Below, one piece after another: positions 7,791 through 17,595 of a stretch of 58,970 nt of DNA; position 1 is the first letter of the stretch; every line of letters starts with the position of its first letter. Position numbers and translations under genes: made by a program. The notes below the pieces were generated by a model. It was not told the DNA's origin and ran no database searches. It saw nothing but the letters and a program-made list of their open reading frames with translations. Origin of the DNA: Flavobacteriaceae bacterium (GTDB taxonomy: Bacteria; Bacteroidota; Bacteroidia; UKL13-3); the NCBI GenBank assembly GCA_025363675.1, contig JANYDJ010000160.1, forward strand, positions 1 through 58,970. The letters are read 5' to 3'.

Positions 7791-10700
7791 ATGAGAAAGA
7801 CTATTTTTTTTATTTTAATTATCTTTAATGTCACCACTTGCCTGTTTGCTCAATCTATTGATACTGGAATAGTTTTTCCGTCTCAAATTGGAGGAAATGA
7901 TTTTATTGTCAAATCATTTAAAACTTCAAATGCCGGGAACCACTATATATTGGGAGCTTTTAGAAATAGTTTTTCATGGAACAAAAAGGTTTATTATTCC
8001 ACGGGCCAGCATGATTTATTTTTCATAAAAATGGATGCAGACTATCATGTTATATGGATTCACACATTGGGGAGTTCAAATGACGATATGCCAGGATTTT
8101 TACTCTTAGATGATAATGAGGATGTATATTATAGCGGATTTATTTTTGGAACGGGTTATTTTGATAATAGTAAAAAAATTATTCAAGATCCTAGTGGTAA
8201 ATCTAGTTCCTACAATTTTATTTTAAAATTGGATTCCAGTGGAAATAAGCGATGGTCAAACTTTTTTGGGTCAACTTATTATTTCACCTACTTTAATGTG
8301 CCGATTATCAGTTCTAATTTCCCAATTTATATTAGAGATAATAATGTTTTTGTTTCAGGGTTTTTCCAAGGGGATGCAATGTCATATACTTATACGCCCA
8401 AATATGATTCTGTGCACCATCTCCAATTCTCCTCTTCAGTTAAATTATGGGTGGTGCAGACTTATGATCTCAATGGCTATTTAAAAAACACAAATTATTT
8501 TGAAGGGGGGAATCAGTTTATAGGGATAAATAATATTCTTGGCGATAACTTAGGCAATATAGGTATTAACATTAATTCAAGTGAAATATTAAAATTGAAT
8601 AAAGACACCCTACTTGATGTTGCGTTTAATTCATTTAGCAAAATATCTAACGCGTTTGTATACTTAGATTCAAACAGACAAGCCAAAAATAGTTTATTTC
8701 TACCATTAAGTGCATATTCACGCGTAGAAGCCTCCACTTGGAACAATGATAGTGATATTATTAGTCTTGGATATTGTTCCTATTATGATAATTTTAATTC
8801 GTCATCAAACTATCACACAGTTGACGGAATCAATTTTATTTCAATATCTAGCCTTTCAGGAAAAATAAAGCAAGTAAAATACCTTTCTGATACGAATCTA
8901 AATTTTCAATTTTCAAACCTTTATTTCAATAGAAAATCTAAAGAGTATTATGTATATGGGCATTGTGGTTTTCGACCTAATAACTATAAAAGTAAACTAT
9001 ATGGTTTGACTTTTAATAATAGCTCCATGGACTATGCATTATTTAAGTTCGATAGCAACTTTAATAATATTTGGTCAGTAAAAATTAAAGGCCTAACTTC
9101 AAATTATCTATATTCTTATAATTCAAACATGGGTAATCTTGCGGCACAAGGGCTGTTGGACAATAAGGGTATTGACATGGAATACAATGAACAAAAAGGC
9201 ATCATATATCTAGGAGGAATCAGTTCAGCTGACAGCATACAGGTCTATTTTAACAGCGACAACAATAAGGTGTACACAAGTCCACAATTGTATAATGGAA
9301 GCGTGGTATTAGCAATCGCTGATAGTAATTTTGTTGGCATAGGTCCGCTTCCTCCGCGACTTTGTCAGGGACAGTCTTACAGTTTGCCAGTTGCAGCGAG
9401 GGCTGTATTTGGAGCTAACAATAAATTTGTTTTATATATTACAGCTATTGATAGTGTATTTAAGAGTATAGACAGCATTGCATCAATAAAAAATATAAAA
9501 AAAGGAGACCGCATTAATTTTATAGTCCCAAATAATTTTAAGGGGAAGTATAAAATTTCTCTGAAAAGTGACAGTGTGTTGTTATGGTCAAATATCTTAG
9601 AAGTTGTGGTTGATTCAGTTCCAACATCGTCACTATATACATCGAGGGATTCCGTTTGCATAGGCGATAGCATTTTGCTTAGAGCTGTCCATAGCCACGC
9701 TGGAAAATGGTGGTTACCTAATTTAAAAAAGCCGGTTGCTAAAGATTCGGTCTATGTTATCGCAAGCACTTCAAACTATTATGTTTTTGAAACCGATAAT
9801 AGCTCATGCAATAAATATGATACCGTTTTTATATATGTTGCTTCTAAACTTATTGCCGATGCAGGTAGAGACACAAATATATGCGAAGGCAGCAGTTTTG
9901 ACTTGCGGGGTAAGGGAGGGGTTTATTATAACTGGAGTAATGGAACAGACTCATCATTTACTAAAGTTCAAATAAATACAGATACACTATTTGTGCTCAC
10001 TGTATCGGATTCTTTGGGTTGCAAAGATTATGATACAGTGGAATTTAAGGTACGTCCTCTTCCACAGGTAAGTTGGGCAGGTTTCACAAAAAAACAATTC
10101 TGTCTTGAAGACGATTCTCTGCTCTTGACCAATGGAAGCCCTAATGGTGGTTATTTTACTGGCAATGGAGTGATTGGGAACTATTTCTACCCCAAGCAGG
10201 CGGGACCAGGACAGCAAACAATAAGTTATAATGTGAAGGGCAGCAACGGGTGTACATCAATTGCAACAGATGCGGTAAATATTACAAAGCCTCCGCTTGC
10301 TTTGTTAAACATTACCGGGACAGCTTCAAAATGCGAAGGAGATAGTTTTATCTTGTTTAATTTAGATACCGCTCATATCAAAAAGTTCCAATGGAGTACA
10401 GGCGACACTTCTAAGATTATTACAGTTAAGAATGCAGGTGTTTATACTTTAATAGTTACTGACACTATTGGTTGCACCAACACTTCTTCAATAATGCATT
10501 TGGTTTTTAACCCAACCCCCTATGTATATATTATATATGCGAATGGGAAACTGGTTGGTATCTCTAACCCCAAAGTTAAAGCATGGTTTTGGCAGCTTGA
10601 TGGAAATATGTTGCCAAACGATAGTACTGCTGAAATAGCAAATCCCACAAAGGGCAAGTATTCACTTAAAGTTACTGACAGTAATAGTTGTACAGGATTC

Positions 10701-10970
10701 TCACCCACATATATATTTACTGCAATTGAAGACATATATACCAGCTTCAAAGTGGAATATATATACGGAGAAAATTTGATATATATTTATAAACCCGTGC
10801 AAGCTAAATACTTTTCTTGGCAGCTATATGACGCCTTGGGCAGAAAAGTATCAGAAGGTGACAATAGTGCAAACCCAATTGCACTTGATATGACCCGAAA
10901 CCCAAAGGGATTGTATACTCTAATTTTCTCTTTAAATGGTCTTTCCACCGCTATTAAGTTACTTTGGTAA
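7791..10970 (+). CDS. Large secreted surface protein with T9SS-type C-terminal sorting domain
   Basis: 1059 aa. It has an N-terminal signal peptide (MRKTIFFILIIFNVTTCLFAQ) and repeated Cys-flanked Ig-like modules (CEGSSFDL...YNWSNG...). Its C-terminus is ...WQLYDALGRKVSEG...GLYTLIFSLNGLSTAIKLLW. Confidence 0.85.
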   Translation: MRKTIFFILIIFNVTTCLFAQSIDTGIVFPSQIGGNDFIVKSFKTSNAGNHYILGAFRNSFSWNKKVYYSTGQHDLFFIKMDADYHVIWIHTLGSSNDDMPGFLLLDDNEDVYYSGFIFGTGYFDNSKKIIQDPSGKSSSYNFILKLDSSGNKRWSNFFGSTYYFTYFNVPIISSNFPIYIRDNNVFVSGFFQGDAMSYTYTPKYDSVHHLQFSSSVKLWVVQTYDLNGYLKNTNYFEGGNQFIGINNILGDNLGNIGININSSEILKLNKDTLLDVAFNSFSKISNAFVYLDSNRQAKNSLFLPLSAYSRVEASTWNNDSDIISLGYCSYYDNFNSSSNYHTVDGINFISISSLSGKIKQVKYLSDTNLNFQFSNLYFNRKSKEYYVYGHCGFRPNNYKSKLYGLTFNNSSMDYALFKFDSNFNNIWSVKIKGLTSNYLYSYNSNMGNLAAQGLLDNKGIDMEYNEQKGIIYLGGISSADSIQVYFNSDNNKVYTSPQLYNGSVVLAIADSNFVGIGPLPPRLCQGQSYSLPVAARAVFGANNKFVLYITAIDSVFKSIDSIASIKNIKKGDRINFIVPNNFKGKYKISLKSDSVLLWSNILEVVVDSVPTSSLYTSRDSVCIGDSILLRAVHSHAGKWWLPNLKKPVAKDSVYVIASTSNYYVFETDNSSCNKYDTVFIYVASKLIADAGRDTNICEGSSFDLRGKGGVYYNWSNGTDSSFTKVQINTDTLFVLTVSDSLGCKDYDTVEFKVRPLPQVSWAGFTKKQFCLEDDSLLLTNGSPNGGYFTGNGVIGNYFYPKQAGPGQQTISYNVKGSNGCTSIATDAVNITKPPLALLNITGTASKCEGDSFILFNLDTAHIKKFQWSTGDTSKIITVKNAGVYTLIVTDTIGCTNTSSIMHLVFNPTPYVYIIYANGKLVGISNPKVKAWFWQLDGNMLPNDSTAEIANPTKGKYSLKVTDSNSCTGFSPTYIFTAIEDIYTSFKVEYIYGENLIYIYKPVQAKYFSWQLYDALGRKVSEGDNSANPIALDMTRNPKGLYTLIFSLNGLSTAIKLLW

Positions 10971-10976
10971 AACTTT

Positions 10977-12080
10977 TCAGTATTCCCTTTCTTTCCACAC
11001 ATATTTTATGGGCAATATATAATAGATGGCCAAAGCCAAATTGAATATAATTTGTATATACTCATATACTAAAATTTGTATATAAGAATACGATTGTTTT
11101 AAATAGCGAGAGAGTACTATGATATGTATGCTTTGGATTATATATTTAATACAAAAAAACAACAGCCCCAGTTTCCAATTTATAATACTTAACAGGATAA
11201 GGCAAAGTGGGTAAATACCATAATAAAACAAGGTAATTTTGGTAAACAAGCCCAAGCTTGCAGCTCCCACTAGCCAACGCTTTCGTTGACTAAAGAGGAT
11301 TGGAATTTTATCGGTAGCCTGCGTAAAATTTAAAGTCTCCCTGTCCAATAAATTTAGAGATTTGTACCCCTGTTTTCTGATTGCTTTATAGAGTGCTAAA
11401 TCTTCGGTAATTGAAAACTCGATAGCTTCATAACCGCCAGTTGCAAAATATGCATCGCGTTTCACCGCCATATTATTGCCAACAGCAGTTACAGGTATTC
11501 CAAAATTGGAAATAGCTTTAAGTAAAGAAGAAAAATATAGCCAATCATATTTTTGCAGTACAGAACGGTCATTTTTCATCACAGTTGTGCCGCTTATAAT
11601 TCCTGTTTTTTCGGTAAATGAATTGACGATATATTTTGCCCAATTTTTATTTACAGTAATATCAGCATCGGTTACCAAAAAAAAATCAGCTTTGGCTTGG
11701 TGGGCAAGGTGGGCAAGCACATTGGCCTTGGCTTTTGCCTCACCTAGCTGTTTTGTAATATTATATATAATAAATGGTATTTTAGTGGTGTTTTGAGCAA
11801 TAAATTGTTGTACTATTTTTTCTGTATTATCTGTTGAATTGTCGTTCCCAATTAATACTTCTATTTTATGGTGCGGATAATCCATCTCTATAATACTTTG
11901 CAAACAGTTCCAGATATTTTGTTCCTCATTTCGGGCAGCTATTAAAATAGAAATATGGGGTTGGTGTACCAATGGTGTTTTTTTTACAGGATCCATTACA
12001 AAAACTGAAACAAAAAACAACACCTGCAAGCCAATCAGTACCGCAGCATACAAAAGTAAAATGTTTAATAGTATGCTCAT
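10977..12080 (-). CDS. Family-2 glycosyltransferase, processive NodC/PgaC-like
   Basis: 367 aa with an N-terminal TM, then ISILIAARNEE, GNDNSTDNT, VTDAD, ITEDLAL and QRKRW, followed by C-terminal TM helices. Its ATG overlaps the stop of the upstream deacetylase (ATGA). Confidence 0.9.
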   Translation of the reverse strand: MSILLNILLLYAAVLIGLQVLFFVSVFVMDPVKKTPLVHQPHISILIAARNEEQNIWNCLQSIIEMDYPHHKIEVLIGNDNSTDNTEKIVQQFIAQNTTKIPFIIYNITKQLGEAKAKANVLAHLAHQAKADFFLVTDADITVNKNWAKYIVNSFTEKTGIISGTTVMKNDRSVLQKYDWLYFSSLLKAISNFGIPVTAVGNNMAVKRDAYFATGGYEAIEFSITEDLALYKAIRKQGYKSLNLLDRETLNFTQATDKIPILFSQRKRWLVGAASLGLFTKITLFYYGIYPLCLILLSIINWKLGLLFFCIKYIIQSIHIIVLSRYLKQSYSYIQILVYEYIQIIFNLALAIYYILPIKYVWKEREY

Positions 12081-12691
12081 AAAGAATGAAACTGATAACC
12101 TTCTTTACTAAATTTTTCCAATAAATAAGGCAGCAGTATTTTTAAATTGCTCGCTGCTTTTACACTATCATGAAAAACAATAATGCTGCCTGCTTTTATA
12201 TATTTTCCCATCTTCTTCTTGCAGTTTTCAATATTAAGTTTTGGGTCAAAGTCGCCAGTAATAAAATCCCACATTATAATATCGTAGTGCTGTTTTAAAT
12301 GGGCTACCTGTTTGGTTTTAATCTTGCCGTAGGGTGGGCGAAAGAGCCTGCTTTCGATAGCGTTTGCCGCAGTTGCGATATCATTATAATATACAGTATT
12401 ATTGGTTGCGAAACCATCGAGATGGTGCTGTGTATGGTTGCCTGTGGCATGTCCGTTTTCCAGAATATTCGTATAGATTTCAGGATATTTGTTTACATTG
12501 TTGCCCACACAAAAAAAAGTAGCCTTTGCTCTATACTGTTTTAATAAATCCAATACATAATCTGTCATTTCTGGGCAAGGGCCGTCATCGAAAGTAAGAT
12601 ATAGTATTTGTTCGCCCACCTGTTTTTGCCAAGTAAGCTGTGGAAACATATTAATGAGCCACTGTGGGTTATGGTGGGGATATAATTTCAA
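12077..12691 (-). CDS. NodB-type (CE4) polysaccharide deacetylase
   Basis: 204 aa from TTG at 12691; an alternative ATG is at 12649. Motifs are LTFDDGP, GNHTQHH, RPPYGK and IVFHD. Confidence 0.9.
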   Translation of the reverse strand: MKLYPHHNPQWLINMFPQLTWQKQVGEQILYLTFDDGPCPEMTDYVLDLLKQYRAKATFFCVGNNVNKYPEIYTNILENGHATGNHTQHHLDGFATNNTVYYNDIATAANAIESRLFRPPYGKIKTKQVAHLKQHYDIIMWDFITGDFDPKLNIENCKKKMGKYIKAGSIIVFHDSVKAASNLKILLPYLLEKFSKEGYQFHSL

Positions 12692-12846
12692 TCGCTGTGC
12701 TTAAATTAAGATTCACAATGGGCAAAGTTGAAGAATATAATTCTTCTTTTAGCCCTGATTTTTCAACATCAGCGATAATTTTTTTTACATTTAAAACTTT
12801 TATCATAGAAACACGTAACAAACACTATAATTTTGAAACCACAAAA

Positions 12847-14265
12847 ATGAACAAAACACTATATATATTTTTTGCTGGTTTGTTGTTATATATAAACTCG
12901 GCAGATGCCCAACAGGTATGGAAGTTGGAAGATTGCGTACGAAAAGCAGTACAAGAAAATTTTAGGATAAAGCAGGCACAACTCAATACCCAAAGCAATG
13001 TACTTGATGTGAACCAAGCCCGTGCCCAGATGCTTCCATCAATCAATGGCTCAGGTACCCAAGCCTTCAATTTGGGCCGCAATGTGGATCCATTCACCAA
13101 CACGTTTTCAAACCAAACCATCCGCTCCAATAATTTTAGCTTACAGGCCAACTGGACCTTGTTCAATGGCTTCCAGGTTCAGAACACCATTAAACGCGAA
13201 CAGTTCGATTTGCAAGCTTGGCAAGCAGATGAGAAAACTGCCAAAAATGATATTGCCTTACAAGTGGCAGGTCAGTATTTACAAATTTTGATGAACAAGG
13301 AGCTTGTTTTCACTTCCCAAAAACAATTGGAACTCTCGCAACTGCAAGGCTCCCGCTTACAAAAACTAATGGATGCTGGTAAAATTTCGGAGGGAGAATA
13401 TTTGCAACAACTTTCGCAAGTGGCCAACGATGAACTTAACCTAGTGAATGCAAAAAGCAATTTGCAGATGTCGTATTTACTCCTATGGCAATCTATGAAT
13501 ATGGAGGCCGATACTGCAAATAGTATTGAATCTCCTCCGGCACTTTTACCCATGCGAGCCACCGCCCGAAATCCCAAAGAAATATTTGATGCCATCTATC
13601 AAAACCGTCCCGAGATACAATCGGCAACATATAAATATAGGCTGGCTCAAACACAACAAAAAATTTCGGAAGGCACACGTATGCCGCGTTTAACCTTGTT
13701 CGGCAATATATCCTCGCTATATTCTTCCACCCGAAAAGATATAACGAGTTTTAATTTTAATGGCTATAATATTATTGGTATTACACAAAATAGTTATGAT
13801 ACGGTGGTAACCCCAAGGTTAGATTATGTAACCAAGACAACACCTTTTAACAAACAAATTCAAAACAATTTCGGACAAAATTTTGGGCTCAGTTTAACGG
13901 TGCCTATATTTAATAATTTGATAGCACATACCGCCGTTCAAAAAGCAAAAATACAAGCAAATTTAGCTCAAGTAAATTTAGATTTGGCCAAAATGAACTT
14001 ATATAAAAATATACAACAAGCGGTAATCGATTTGCAAGTTGCCGAAACGCGATATGAAGCTTCGCAGAAAAACTTTAGTGCCCAACAAAGAAACTTCCAA
14101 GTAAGTAAACTTCGCTACGAAAATGGAGCAACTACGCTTACTGACTTCCAATTGGCAAGCACCAATTATACCAAGTCGGAGAGCAGTTTTTTACAGTCGC
14201 GATATGAACTTATTTTTAGACAAAAGATTATAGATTTTTACATGGGCTACGAATTAAAATTTTAA
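12847..14265 (+). CDS. TolC-family outer-membrane efflux protein
   Basis: The start is placed at the ATG giving signal peptide MNKTLYIFFAGLLLYINSADAQQ. The ORF track's upstream extension from 12664 has no support. The protein shows the two-fold repeat architecture typical of OEP/TolC proteins. Confidence 0.88.
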   Translation: MNKTLYIFFAGLLLYINSADAQQVWKLEDCVRKAVQENFRIKQAQLNTQSNVLDVNQARAQMLPSINGSGTQAFNLGRNVDPFTNTFSNQTIRSNNFSLQANWTLFNGFQVQNTIKREQFDLQAWQADEKTAKNDIALQVAGQYLQILMNKELVFTSQKQLELSQLQGSRLQKLMDAGKISEGEYLQQLSQVANDELNLVNAKSNLQMSYLLLWQSMNMEADTANSIESPPALLPMRATARNPKEIFDAIYQNRPEIQSATYKYRLAQTQQKISEGTRMPRLTLFGNISSLYSSTRKDITSFNFNGYNIIGITQNSYDTVVTPRLDYVTKTTPFNKQIQNNFGQNFGLSLTVPIFNNLIAHTAVQKAKIQANLAQVNLDLAKMNLYKNIQQAVIDLQVAETRYEASQKNFSAQQRNFQVSKLRYENGATTLTDFQLASTNYTKSESSFLQSRYELIFRQKIIDFYMGYELKF

Positions 14266-14287
14266 TAAAAGTATTATATATATTGAT

Positions 14288-15679
14288 ATGGCAACCAAAA
14301 AAAAAAGTAAATTAAAATATTGGGTAATAAGTGGTATTATACTATTAATTATTTCTATAATAGTGGCTGAAAAGATGGGCAGCAAAGAAGGAGTAAAAGT
14401 ATCTTCTGAAAAAGTGATGAAACGGGATATTATAGAAACCGTAACTGCCAATGGAAAAATACAACCAGAAACGGAACTGAAAATTAGTCCCGATGTGAGC
14501 GGACAAATAGTGGAGATGATGGTAAAAGAAGGCGATTCTGTATTGCAGGGACAAGCTTTGTGTAATATAAACCAAGATATATACTCGGTAGATGTGGACA
14601 GGCAAAAAGCGGCTTATCAAAATACCCTAGCCAGTGTGGAAGCTGCACGTGCCCGATTGAAACAATCGGAAGCCCGCACTGAAAGTGAGACTGCAAATTT
14701 TAATCGAATGAAAAAATTGTTCGACCAAAAAGTAATTTCACAAGCAGAATGGGAAGCTGCTAGGAGCACTTATTTAACGGCTCTTTCGCAAGTAGAAGCC
14801 GATAAACAAAGTATAAATGCTATGGAGTTTACCGTAAAAAGTTCAGAAGCAGGAGTGCGTGAATCGCAGAAACGTTTGAGTCGTACTACTATATATGCAC
14901 CTAAAAGTGGTACCATTAGCAAACTATATAAAAAGCAGGGAGAAAGTGTGGTGGGAACCAACCAAATGATGGGCACCGATATATTATCAATTGCCGATTT
15001 AAACTATATGCAAGTGTCAGTAGACATTAATGAAAATGATATTGTAAAAATTAAAAAAGGCGACACCGCATTATTTTATATAGATGCATTTAAAGGGCGT
15101 AAATTTAAAGGACTGGTAACCGAGATTGGAACCTCATCAAACACCGCCATTACCACCGCCGACCAAGTGACCAATTTTCCAGTAAAAATAAAAGTAATAC
15201 GCGAATCGTATTTAGATTTGTGTACCAAGGAAACACCCTACCCGCTTAAGCCGGGGCTAAGTGTGAACGTTGATATACAAACCAACAGGGTAATACAAGT
15301 TTGGTCCGTTGCTATTGAAGCAGTTGCTACCCGAGAATTGAAAAAAGAAGAAGAAAAACTGGCGGAAAAAGACAAGAAAAAAGATAAAAATAAAAAGGAT
15401 GAGCAAGAAGAGTCATTTGGAAATCCATCAGGTGCAAACACATCTACCCAAGTAAAACAAGATGTAGAAGAAATTGTATTTATTATAGAAAATGGAAAAG
15501 TGAAAAAGAAAGTAGTGAAATCAGGAATACAAGACGATAATTATATACAAGTAGAAGGTCTCACGGGTACTGAAGAAGTAGTGACAGGGCCGTATGAAGC
15601 TGTTTCAAAAACTTTGAAAGATGGTGAAAATATAAAAGTGGTGAAGAAAGAGGATTTGTTTGAGGTTAAGAAGAAATAG
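14288..15679 (+). CDS. Efflux-pump periplasmic adaptor subunit (HlyD/MacA-like)
   Basis: 463 aa with an N-terminal TM anchor, a lipoyl-like segment (ISPDVSGQIVEMMVKEGDSV), a long coiled coil and a beta-barrel part. It also carries a K/E-rich insert (KKEEEKLAEKDKKKDKNKKDEQEE). Confidence 0.88.
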   Translation: MATKKKSKLKYWVISGIILLIISIIVAEKMGSKEGVKVSSEKVMKRDIIETVTANGKIQPETELKISPDVSGQIVEMMVKEGDSVLQGQALCNINQDIYSVDVDRQKAAYQNTLASVEAARARLKQSEARTESETANFNRMKKLFDQKVISQAEWEAARSTYLTALSQVEADKQSINAMEFTVKSSEAGVRESQKRLSRTTIYAPKSGTISKLYKKQGESVVGTNQMMGTDILSIADLNYMQVSVDINENDIVKIKKGDTALFYIDAFKGRKFKGLVTEIGTSSNTAITTADQVTNFPVKIKVIRESYLDLCTKETPYPLKPGLSVNVDIQTNRVIQVWSVAIEAVATRELKKEEEKLAEKDKKKDKNKKDEQEESFGNPSGANTSTQVKQDVEEIVFIIENGKVKKKVVKSGIQDDNYIQVEGLTGTEEVVTGPYEAVSKTLKDGENIKVVKKEDLFEVKKK

Positions 15680-15680
15680 A

Positions 15681-15719
15681 GTTGTCAGTTGTGGGTTGTG
15701 AGTTGCGGGACCATACGGC
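15681..15719. repeat. Half element: four GTTGYSR heptamers followed by the CCATACGGC core
   Basis: GTTGTCA GTTGTGG GTTGTGA GTTGCGG GA CCATACGGC. The identical 9-mer core occurs at 23945-23953. No complementary right arm follows. Confidence 0.7.
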
Positions 15720-15744
15720 AGATAATAAAAGTATTATATATAAA

Positions 15745-15951
15745 ATGGATTTTCGTTTAGATAAAACAGCATTCAAAAAAGGAAGTCATAAAAACTCAGG
15801 GAATGATCGTGCATATTGGTTGAGTAAAACTCCAACAGAAAGATTTGAAGCAGCGTGGTATCTGATTAGTCAGGCGTATGGGTTTGATCCGGAGAATCCA
15901 CCACCGATGTATAAAACATTATTTTATACACGCAAGCATGAGGTTCGATAA
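15745..15951 (+). CDS. Small hypothetical protein (68 aa)
   Basis: ATG-initiated ORF MDFRLDKTAFKKGSH...PPPMYKTLFYTRKHEVR. The upstream part of the tracked ORF (15682-) is translated repeat sequence. Confidence 0.55.
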   Translation: MDFRLDKTAFKKGSHKNSGNDRAYWLSKTPTERFEAAWYLISQAYGFDPENPPPMYKTLFYTRKHEVR

Positions 15952-15964
15952 GAGGATAGTTGAT

Positions 15965-17467
15965 TTAAAACAATAATTTCCATATCGCATAATTCTTATT
16001 TGCCTGCGTAATCATCAGCATTTGGTCTTTGCTTATTTGCCTCGACTCAATGGGCACTATCATCGTTTCATCATCGGCATTTAAACTTAACGAACGTTCT
16101 ATCATTTCACCAGTTTCCGTTACCGTTACTTCTATAATACCGGTGCTTTTTCTGTCGAGTTTATTATAATAAAAAACTACACGATCGGGCAGCAACATAC
16201 TGGTGAACGAGGAGAATATACCATCATCGTTAAGCGTAGATTGATTTTTGCTAATTGCCTGCTTCCAACATAAATTTCCTACACTATCCAAGCATACCAA
16301 TATAATTTCATTATATATATAAATGGTGCGATAGGTAGGCTGCAAAGTTCCATTTACATAATAATTGGTACTTTGTTGGCTGGTATAGAATTTTTCAGCC
16401 ACCAGCAAGGTCTTGCCATTTTGGAAACGGTAGAAATTTTTGATATAATAGTCTTTCAAATCCGATGAGAAATAATAGACCCTGTTTCCCAAAAATTTAA
16501 CACGATCGCTATCGTTAAAATAGTGCTTTTTTGCAAACACCAACTCTGGGGTTTGCAAACTAAATTCGCAGTGAAACATCCCATCTATCTTATCCGATTC
16601 TTCTGGCCCTTCAAAACCCTGCACTATAATTTTATGTTGGTTTTTATCCACCAAAAACGTGGTTTGTTTTATATAATAACTTTCTGAGGGTACAATAAGG
16701 CGGGTCAGTATTTTTTCCTGTTTATTATAATAGTGTACACTGTGCTTGTATTTTAAAGGAATTTTACGATATACAGAATCCAAATACTCGGTACTAAGCA
16801 TATAAAAATTTCCTTCATTGTCGAGCTGTATTTCTTCAATATCTATATTGTCATTGGTAAAACCGGGCACCACACTTGTATCATAAAACATATTGCCCTC
16901 ACCATCGAATACGCAGATATTCATCGTAAACTCTCCAATGGTATTATAATCGGTATTAAATAACAATGTTTTGCTTTTGTCTGGGCTTTGGTCTATAATA
17001 AATTCTCCATCGTCCTTATAACTTTTCAATGGTGTTTCAGCAATTTTTATGGGCTTGGCTATTGCTTTTCCTGTGTAATCATATTTTTCTATATATACGG
17101 TGTTTCTGGCTTTAAAAATATCATGTCTTTTAGTGATGAGCAATAGCTGATTATCGGATGCAAGTGTATGAATAATGCGACTTTTGCGTGATAAAGGTTT
17201 TAGCTTAAACGACTTTTGCATCTGCATATCATCAGAATACATTTGTATATATATTTTTCGGTTTTCGGTCTCATTTTTCGAAAACGAAAAAACTTGCTGT
17301 GCTGCACTTTTTCCGCACCACGTAATATTTCCTTTCCTGCTTAAAAGATAATCCTCTGGTGATTTTATAATAACCTGCGACTGGCAAAAATTTACCACAA
17401 AAAAACAACAGAAATATAGTATGCCTATGATCTTCTTTTTTTTGTTATCGCAATTTGCTTTTATCAT
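15965..17467 (-). CDS. Secreted hypothetical protein (about 500 aa)
   Basis: The start is placed at the internal ATG giving MIKANCDNKKKKIIGILYFCCFFVVNFCQSQ (signal-like). The longer ORF would overlap the divergent HD gene. No motif recognised. Confidence 0.7.
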   Translation of the reverse strand: MIKANCDNKKKKIIGILYFCCFFVVNFCQSQVIIKSPEDYLLSRKGNITWCGKSAAQQVFSFSKNETENRKIYIQMYSDDMQMQKSFKLKPLSRKSRIIHTLASDNQLLLITKRHDIFKARNTVYIEKYDYTGKAIAKPIKIAETPLKSYKDDGEFIIDQSPDKSKTLLFNTDYNTIGEFTMNICVFDGEGNMFYDTSVVPGFTNDNIDIEEIQLDNEGNFYMLSTEYLDSVYRKIPLKYKHSVHYYNKQEKILTRLIVPSESYYIKQTTFLVDKNQHKIIVQGFEGPEESDKIDGMFHCEFSLQTPELVFAKKHYFNDSDRVKFLGNRVYYFSSDLKDYYIKNFYRFQNGKTLLVAEKFYTSQQSTNYYVNGTLQPTYRTIYIYNEIILVCLDSVGNLCWKQAISKNQSTLNDDGIFSSFTSMLLPDRVVFYYNKLDRKSTGIIEVTVTETGEMIERSLSLNADDETMIVPIESRQISKDQMLMITQANKNYAIWKLLF

Positions 17468-17595
17468 ATTTTTATCCTTGTTCTTTATATAAAAATCAAT
17501 CGACAATACCTGAATAATTTGACATAGGCGAACAAAAGTAGCCACAAATGACGGATATTTGCACAATAAATCCCACGGAAATATAAATTTATCCT

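Noticed and set aside
12664-12846. N-terminal extensions proposed by the ORF track: TolC from 12664, the small ORF from 15682, the 545-aa form from 17602, and lpxD from 18855.
   Set aside because: The extensions use non-ATG starts and lack protein-like sequence or translate repeat DNA. They would also bury obvious signal peptides or overlap divergent genes. Internal ATG starts give canonical N-termini.
14297-14306. A10 homopolymer in codons 4-6 of the HlyD-family gene as a phase-variation tract. An A9 run near 24959-24967 in the prolyl oligopeptidase signal peptide was also considered.
   Set aside because: Both genes are intact and in frame, and the runs encode ordinary Lys-rich signal-peptide n-regions. 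AT-rich genomes produce such runs by composition, so there is no evidence of switching from a single sequence.
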